Assembly: GCA_001687465.1 (NCBI GenBank)
Contig: LVLI01000206.1
Location: 1 to 64,000 of the forward strand
Source of the DNA: Halocafeteria seosinensis
Lineage: Eukaryota
Length of the DNA stretch: 64,000 nucleotides
Direction of reading: 5' to 3'
In this document: positions 57,193-64,000 of the stretch, piece by piece
Position numbering within the stretch: position 1 is the first letter of the stretch
Layout: the number at the start of each line of letters is the position of its first letter
Program-made: the position numbers and the translations under genes
Notes under the pieces: model-generated
Told to the model about the DNA's origin: nothing
Seen by the model: the letters and a program-made list of their open reading frames with translations, nothing else
Databases searched by the model: none

Positions 57193-59753
57193 TTATTGCT
57201 CTTGCTGTTCCCCTTTCAAACGCTTGTTTTCTTGACGCAACAGCTCCGCATGCTCAACCGTACTTTCCAAATGATCCAACGAAGCTTGCAGATCGTCGTC
57301 GCGTTTCTTTATAGTTTCCTCCAAGTCGCGTATCTTGGCTCGAAGTTCTTCCACTTCTTTATCATTGTTTTGCTTGTGGGCATCAGCTATTTCGATACCC
57401 TCCTCTTTGTTCCTTGCGTTTCTCACTTTGTCCAACATTTCTTCTGATTGATCAGCCCGGGCTTCCGCAGCCTCTGCTCGCTCTCGAGCTGCCGTAGCCT
57501 GCTGTTTGGCCTTTTCTGCGTCTTCTTGCACACGCTTCAGTTTGTCGGACAAAGTTTGCTTTTCTTTTTCTGCTGCATCGACGCTTTTCTGAAGCTGTTG
57601 TAACTGTTGATGAGCTTCCTCAGTGTCTCCTTTGGCTTGCAGTTTTGATTTCTTTTCTTCTTCGAGTTGCTTGCGGAGAGAGTTCAGCTCAGATTTAAAT
57701 GTCTCTTTCAGTTGATTTTGGTTTTGTTCGGCGTTCTTTTCGACTTCATTGACTCGGTTCTGCAACTTCTCAATCTCTTGGACCTTGTTGGATTTTTCCT
57801 TTTCCGCATTTTCTATACTCTGCGATTGTTCGGAGAGCTTCTTGTCCTTCCCCTCGATATCTTTCTCTAGTTGAGTATTCTTTTCCTTCAGTTCTTCTAT
57901 TTCATTTTTTAGCTTGGGATTTTCCACTTTCATTTTATTCAAAGCCCCTAACACTTTATCCCAATTGCTCTGCATGCTTTCCTTAAACTTTTCAGTTTTT
58001 TGCCGTTCTGCTTGAACAGCTTCATCTGCTTTGTCCTTTGCGTGTTGCAGGGCATCGATTCTCTCTTGTGCAGCTTCTAGCTCTGATTTCAATTGCTTCT
58101 CTCGTTGTTCGAGATTTTTCAGTGTTGTATTTTGCTCTTCGCTGGCCTCTTTCGTGGACCGCTCAGCTTCTTCCAGCTGGTCTTTTAACAAAGCGTTTTG
58201 TTCGATTTGTTCAGCGTAATTCATCTTTAAGTCTTCTGACAAGAACCATTAAGGTGGTACACATACTGGTTAGTCACAATATACACCTCAACATACCAAC
58301 TTCTTTCCCGTAGTTGTCTAACTCTTTCCGAGTTTCTTCATATTGCTGCCGGGTGGACTGTACCTTTTCCAAAGCCTGTTCTAGCTCCTTCTCCTTCTCA
58401 TCGTAGCGTGATTCAAGAGCCTGCAGTACCGAGAATAGTTCGTTTCACGCAATCCTAGACATAGAGTTCTTAAGAAAATGGCACACCTTGTACTGTTCTC
58501 GCAGTTCGTCTTGCGCTTGTTCCCATTTCTCTTCTACTTCTTTTGTGGCTTGCTCTTTTGCAGCTTGGGTCTCACTTTTCAGAGTTCCCCTCAATTCATC
58601 CATCTTCTGATTCAGTGTTTCGACTTGCTGCTTTTTCTCTGCATCCCTCTGCTGCAATGCCTGCGGGAAAGCTTGAGAGAGAGAAAGTAAGAGGAACCCA
58701 ATTCCCGCGAAATCTTAGGAGAGCTTGACGTACCAAATAATCCTCGTTCAAGGTCATAATTTGTTCCGCTTGACGATTGAGCTGCTGGTCAACGTTCTGC
58801 TTTGATGCACCCAGAGAATTTAACTCTTCCTTTAAATTGTTTCGCTCGTCTGAGTATGCTTCAAGTTGGGAATCTTTCTCCTCCAACTCCTGGCGTAAGA
58901 ACTGGATCCAGAACATCAGGATATCTAATCCCAGTTCACGCGATGCAATTAAAAAGGATTCTTACATTAACAGTCTCTTCTAGTGAGTTCTTGTGCTGCT
59001 GCATTTCTGTCCTTGTTTCTTCAATGGCTAGGGATTTTGCCTTCTCCCTTTCGGTCTGCAAGTCATCCTCAGTGTAAAGCTTCGGTTGCGCTTCGGTTTC
59101 CACTTCCTGCTGTGCAGGTGTGGGTTCATTCTCGGACACAATAAAGGAACCTTCAGAAGCTTCAATGTCCCACTTTTCATCTTGTTCTCCTGACCATATT
59201 TGAGTGGCACTGCTTCCTCCCTCTTGGGTACTTTCGGGGAGCTGGCTCTTGCCATTTGAATTCAAGTCATTGACCTGCGGGAGAAGTAGGAACAGGATAT
59301 TGGTGGTTCTAGTACTGATGGCTCATCTCTACTTACAGAAAGATCATTCGGAGCAAACAGAGCTGAGTACAAACTGTCTTTTCCAGTGTGCGTTTTGTGC
59401 CGAAGTTGCTCCCCTGACTTACTTTCCCCCAGTGGCTGGGTGGTGCTTACGTTCGTGGTGTTGACGGAAAATGGGGTCAACGGGGAGCGAAGGTCACTGA
59501 GTGCAGTGCCTGGAGCAGTTGATTGTTTTGCCGAAGAAGGAGCATTATGTGTCTTTGAGCGGCTGTATCTCAGACTTATTTCCTCGTCGACGTCGAATCG
59601 GTCGTCGTAATAGGGATGTGCAACTTTCGTACGACTATTTGCGGTCTGGTTTTCATCAGTGTATAGCGCCGCTCCTGCCGAAGAAGGCGTTTGTTTATCT
59701 GGCCCATTGGATGCGATAGACATCTGGTTCATCATCCCTGAAATGCTGTCCAT
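57193..59753 (-). CDS. Long coiled-coil protein with a disordered N-terminus, multi-exon
   Basis: A series of E/K/Q-rich heptad ORFs on the minus strand separated by short GT-AG introns. No family recognised. Confidence 0.75.
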
Positions 59754-60120
59754 CTTTTGTCGTATGAGCGTCTTGAAACCGTAAGGTTTTGTCAAAGCTG
59801 GGTGACTCGGTCACTGCTAAACGGCCGGAAGTGCTCTACGATTCACACTGAATTAAGCAAGCACCGGGTAGCTTGAATAAGTGAGGGAAAACTTGCGTAT
59901 TATTACAGTACGAGAGTACAATTCTGTCTCTTTGAGTAACGATTCTTGGTATGTAAAATGGGCGGGCGTCAAAATCTGGCGCGCAAACCTTCCAAGCGCG
60001 CGCCGCGCGCGCGTGTGTGGAAGTACTGGCCACGAAACTTTGCCAAACTACAACACAAGAGGGTTCAACGAAGGGGTTAATCCGATAAGAATAAATAAAA
60101 ATAATGCTGACATGTGCGGG

Positions 60121-61317
60121 CTACCAGTATTTTTCTTCGAAATAAGAGTTGCTGCCAGAAGCTATCTCAGATCGGATCTTCTCAGCCTCAATTCGAATGT
60201 CAGGGGAGCAAAAGTCGATGGCACAGAGGACTTTCTCTAGGTTCAAGAGCTCTTCGTCTTCGGGGTCCCCATAGAAAGAGCTGCAATTGATACCGTTCCT
60301 TGGTTGGAAGCAATAGTTACTGCTTCTATTGTCTAGAATGATCGTGGATGCGACGTCGAAACCAGCTCGTTCCAAGTCTTTTACCGGAGTACCGTGAGCG
60401 TCAACGCATGAAGATCGATGTAAAGTGCGCTTGATATATTTCCCATGGGGATCCATCCAAGTGACCACCCGAAATGCGTAATCGGCACATGAGGCCGTGA
60501 AAACGACTATTTCGAAATGCTTCGACATATTGCTCAGGAACTGTTCACAATGAGGTCTCTTCTTGGTGTACACTCTGAATGCTTTGCCATAGTAGAACGT
60601 GAAACATTTATCAAAGGATTCTGGTGGCTGCACTCTCATTAGAACGAAAGAAGAGTTTAGCGTAGCACCCGGCGAGAGTCATAACGATCGTGGATACGTA
60701 CTGCGAAGGTGCTCCTGACTAAAGTTTCATCCAAATCTAGTATGAGAACAGGCTTACGTCTCGACGAACTAGAATCGGCAGTTGAATCCACTTTTATGTC
60801 TTGACTATCAGCCTGAAGCAAAAATGGAAGTTATAAACAGATACAGGTTCTGTGAGGAATTGCTGAGGTGAACTACATACGGACACTGCAGATTCAACGC
60901 GTTCCTTTCGTGCCTCATTCTGTAACTTCGTTTCCGATACCTTGGTATGCTTATTCCAAGCAGCATCCTGATTGATTACAGCACTCGTAGCGCAGGCCGC
61001 CTGCATTTGACAACGGAGGTTAGGACGGAATCAGATAGCGACGTGCATGGAGCATACTACTCACAATTCCGGTGTTTCTGCAGAGCAAGTCTCTCAAAAC
61101 TTTATTTAGCTTCCTAAAGGACAAAGGCGTGGTCTGATTTTTCGCTGATCCTGCAACATGTCGCTGAATTACACACCATTTTTGCAAGGAAGCTGAAATT
61201 GCCCGTATAGGTTTCCAAAGAAGCATTGCGGCTACTTACTCGTAATTTAGGCAGTTCCGTGTCCTCTGCAGCCTCAACAGGGAGCACTTTAGGCTTTGCA
61301 GTTTTCGGAGCTCCCAT
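60121..61317 (-). CDS. FCP1/SCP-type (NIF domain) HAD phosphatase, multi-exon; 5' structure uncertain
   Basis: VLILDLDETLV (DxDxT, read manually at about 60720-60750), KRPH...FL, EIVVFTAS..YA, KDL, IILDN, DEEL. Confidence 0.88.
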
Positions 61318-62459
61318 GTCTACGCACGACCCTAATCGAGGTAATATTTCTCTGCAGGGTTTGGTACTCTAGCTGTCGTTGCCGCCAAGTCCAGCACTGG
61401 AAATCTGCTCAAGTAGCCAACGTTACGTTCCTGCGGATCCCCGTTACGTGTCGTTTCGGAAGGCCTCGACGTACTCCTGGCCTCCCTTCTTGGGTGCTTC
61501 AAAAAGTATCAGACCTTAGAGAGGTTTAAATAGCAAATTTATAGACAAAACGACGAAGGAGACATTTGTTATAAGACCGGCTCCAATGGGATCCGCGAAC
61601 GAACAAACACTTGTCAGCCAGTCCAACAACGCCGCAATAATGCAATGTATCCCCTAGCAGGTTCTGCCACTCCTCAGAATCGATACAAGTGCGAGTTAGT
61701 TTACAATCCCTTCAAGCAACACCGTTGCTCCTGGATCGAAGGAAAACCTAAACGAGCTTGCGGAGCGGCTCCTTCCGGCAGGTTTTCTCAGTCAGCGCAT
61801 AGGTTTTCTCCGTGGATCTACACCTTTGCGGAACGCGAATGGTCTTTCGTCTTTCTAGGAAGAGCAGCTATTGGGCTCGCGCGACTAGCTGGGCTAGATC
61901 GAAACGTTTATCTGAAATGGTCCTTCGCCCATTCATTCCAGTCAGACACGGTAAAGAGTCAAGGGTCATCAGCAGCGGTTGACTCAACGGCTTCAGACAA
62001 AACCGCCAATTGCTCTATCTACAGTTGCGGGACCCCTCACTTATCTATATAAGCATGATAAGGAGAAAGTGAACCTGCGCATTGGAAATACTGGATCAAC
62101 TTGCGTTAGGGATTCAGATCTGCATGGTTCCGTGTTCTGCTTTCAAGAACTTCCGGGAGTCAACGTACTCTGTTCGCCGACGCGACACCCTTGGCTCTTA
62201 CTACGGCAAATATGACGAGAGTTGTAACATACAATACTAAGTATGCATCTTGGCTACATACTTAATGCAATGCCTCTTTATTCAACTGGTCACAAGAGAG
62301 AAATCGCCCGCAATTCGTACATGTGGTACTGTACATGCCCATATGTATTCCGAGAGGGTAGACAGTTCCTGACTCAGCTACACTTTCGCTTAGATAAGCG
62401 CCAATAGCTCTAGAGGTTGGATAGCTGCCTTTCAGGGCACATCGGTAACTCTGGGGGCA

Positions 62460-63192
62460 ATGTCTGACCACCTCGACGCGTCAGCGGACCTAAGTGAGCG
62501 AGGCCGAAGTAGCTCAGACGTTACTGCTACGAAACGGGTTAAAAGAGCCTGTGTACCTTGCTCGAAGAGTAAAACGAAATGCGATGATGGTCGTCCTTGC
62601 CAGGTTGGTGAATAATTACTTCTTGAACTGGAACTATACCTATATTGTTCGCTGTGTTGTGTGCTTCTGATACCTGGTACAGAGATGCCTCAGGAAGGGC
62701 ATTTCCGCACAGTGCGTGGATCGAGTAACATCAAGAGATAAGAGGGAAGTGTGCCAGCAGAATACACCGGTTCTCCCTGATAACTCTTTTGGCAACATAT
62801 TTTCTTTAGTGGACTGGATGCTTGCTTCAAATAATCGCCAGGTTCCGTCATGGCCAGCGTCTCAGATACAGCATCGAATTGAATGCGGTGGCTCTCAAGC
62901 GCCTACTCCATCGCTAGGCGAAAGGTCAACACCAAGATATGCATCCTCCTCTAAACGCAAGTACGAGATGGGTGCGGATGATTTATTTCAGAAGGATGAG
63001 CTTCAGGATTCAGATGGAGCACAATACCCTGATTCGGCTCTTGCGGTCACTTCCTCCGAGGGCTCCCGTAGGCTGTTCACAGGTCCTGAATGCGAATCTG
63101 AAACTGGATGCACCGATTTCTATGGCGTACCATTTGCTGAATCATCTGATGACAGCGATTTCGCAATCGCTCTGCGCGACGATGATTCGTAG
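62460..63192 (+). CDS. Zn(II)2Cys6 binuclear-cluster transcription factor (intron 62604-62682)
   Basis: Spliced sequence KRVKRACVPCSKSKTKCDDGRPCQ|RCLRKGISAQC fits CX2CX6CX5CX2CX8C; acidic C-terminus. Confidence 0.85.
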
Positions 63193-63616
63193 TAAGGGAA
63201 AGTCCAATGTAATTTGCGGCGGCAACTAAAGAATGCATCATCAGGCTGAGCGAGCGCGGAGGTACGGGTACGGTGTGGTATACAGTTCCCAACAACTCTG
63301 ACGTCGCAAGTTAGGCTTCTTCCCTCTTTGAATTGTTGGGTCGAGGTTTTGTTGAGCCATATGCATTATCAACCAATACTGTACAGTGCATTTGTTGTCT
63401 CTTGTGTACTTCCAATTGTGTGCGTATGATTTGTGGCACAAATTGCCGCACACTGTGCCCAAAGTTGAAGTTGCTAAACTTCACACGGTGCAATGTTACA
63501 AGTATGTAGCATACAAGTATACTATGATATGATACACCTATGTCTCAATAGCAGGTTTCCTACAACGTTCTCGGCACACATTGTCGATACACGAGAAAGA
63601 TAGATAGAAAGGGTAC

Positions 63617-64000
63617 ATGAAGTGGAGAGGGAGTTGGATCCCGGTCATGATCCGGGGTCACAGATCGCTGCTGGGGCTATCGACTGCATTATGCTCTTAT
63701 TTTCATCTCCAGCAAACTCCTGTTCACTCGGAGGCTTATCCTCCGAATTTCCTAGGGGCTAGTCCTCACGCTACGCTCCATGAAATCGACACCGTGGAAT
63801 GGCGCATCGACAAGTGGTCGGCGTTCCATCCCCGTGCTGTCTGCACGGCTGCCATCCGTGGAACTGTGCAGGTTAAAGGCGATAGTCCCGTATTTGGTAA
63901 TGGCGTCTTAATCACTTCCCAAGGACACATACTGACGTGTGCACATCTTGTGCACACCAACAAGAACGTTTGTGTGGAATTCGCGGACAATCAGACGTAT
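63617..64000 (+). CDS. Trypsin-like serine protease (HtrA/Deg-like), 5' part only
   Basis: Frame is open to the window end. GNGVLITSQGHILTCAHLV contains the catalytic His motif, followed by VCVEFADNQTY. Confidence 0.75.
   Translation, partial: MKWRGSWIPVMIRGHRSLLGLSTALCSYFHLQQTPVHSEAYPPNFLGASPHATLHEIDTVEWRIDKWSAFHPRAVCTAAIRGTVQVKGDSPVFGNGVLITSQGHILTCAHLVHTNKNVCVEFADNQTY

Noticed and set aside
57193..59753. Naming the coiled-coil protein as TACC, myosin or SMC
   Set aside because: Only generic heptad composition; no motor, ATPase or diagnostic domain seen.
1..64000. tRNA/rRNA genes and the many antisense ORFs in the track
   Set aside because: I recognised no cloverleaf or rRNA-like sequence by eye (tRNAscan-SE or Infernal would be decisive). 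The antisense ORFs are shadows of real genes.

Overview
This is eukaryotic, gene-dense genomic DNA: about 25 genes in 64 kb, with short GT-AG introns of roughly 33-80 nt. An Ocm1/Sig1-type tubular mastigoneme gene points to a flagellated stramenopile protist. Most genes are housekeeping: MTG1-like and Era GTPases, a SAPS/PP6 regulatory subunit, an IMPAD1-like phosphatase, a TTLL ligase, a sugar porter, a PPR-like protein, ELP2, METTL16, a GBP, RPB7, DMAP1/Swc4, an SCP-type phosphatase and a partial HtrA/Deg protease. The accessory patches are more interesting: (1) an in-frame 972-bp tandem duplication of an orphan gene, followed by a scrambled, part-inverted copy of a locus 6.5 kb away; (2) a degenerate PARP-like protein; (3) a decayed Mutator transposase not shown in the ORF track, lying between the mastigoneme gene and a copy of its 3' end; (4) a 501-bp hAT-type non-autonomous element with an 8-bp TSD; (5) a frameshifted Crinkler-like PD-(D/E)xK nuclease gene built from duplicated intron-exon modules and a 21-bp heptad repeat; (6) a fungal-type Zn2Cys6 factor and a HOL-type halide/thiol methyltransferase. 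All family calls come from motif recognition by eye, and exon boundaries are manual predictions. I ran no database searches. I did not find a clearly novel multi-gene system.
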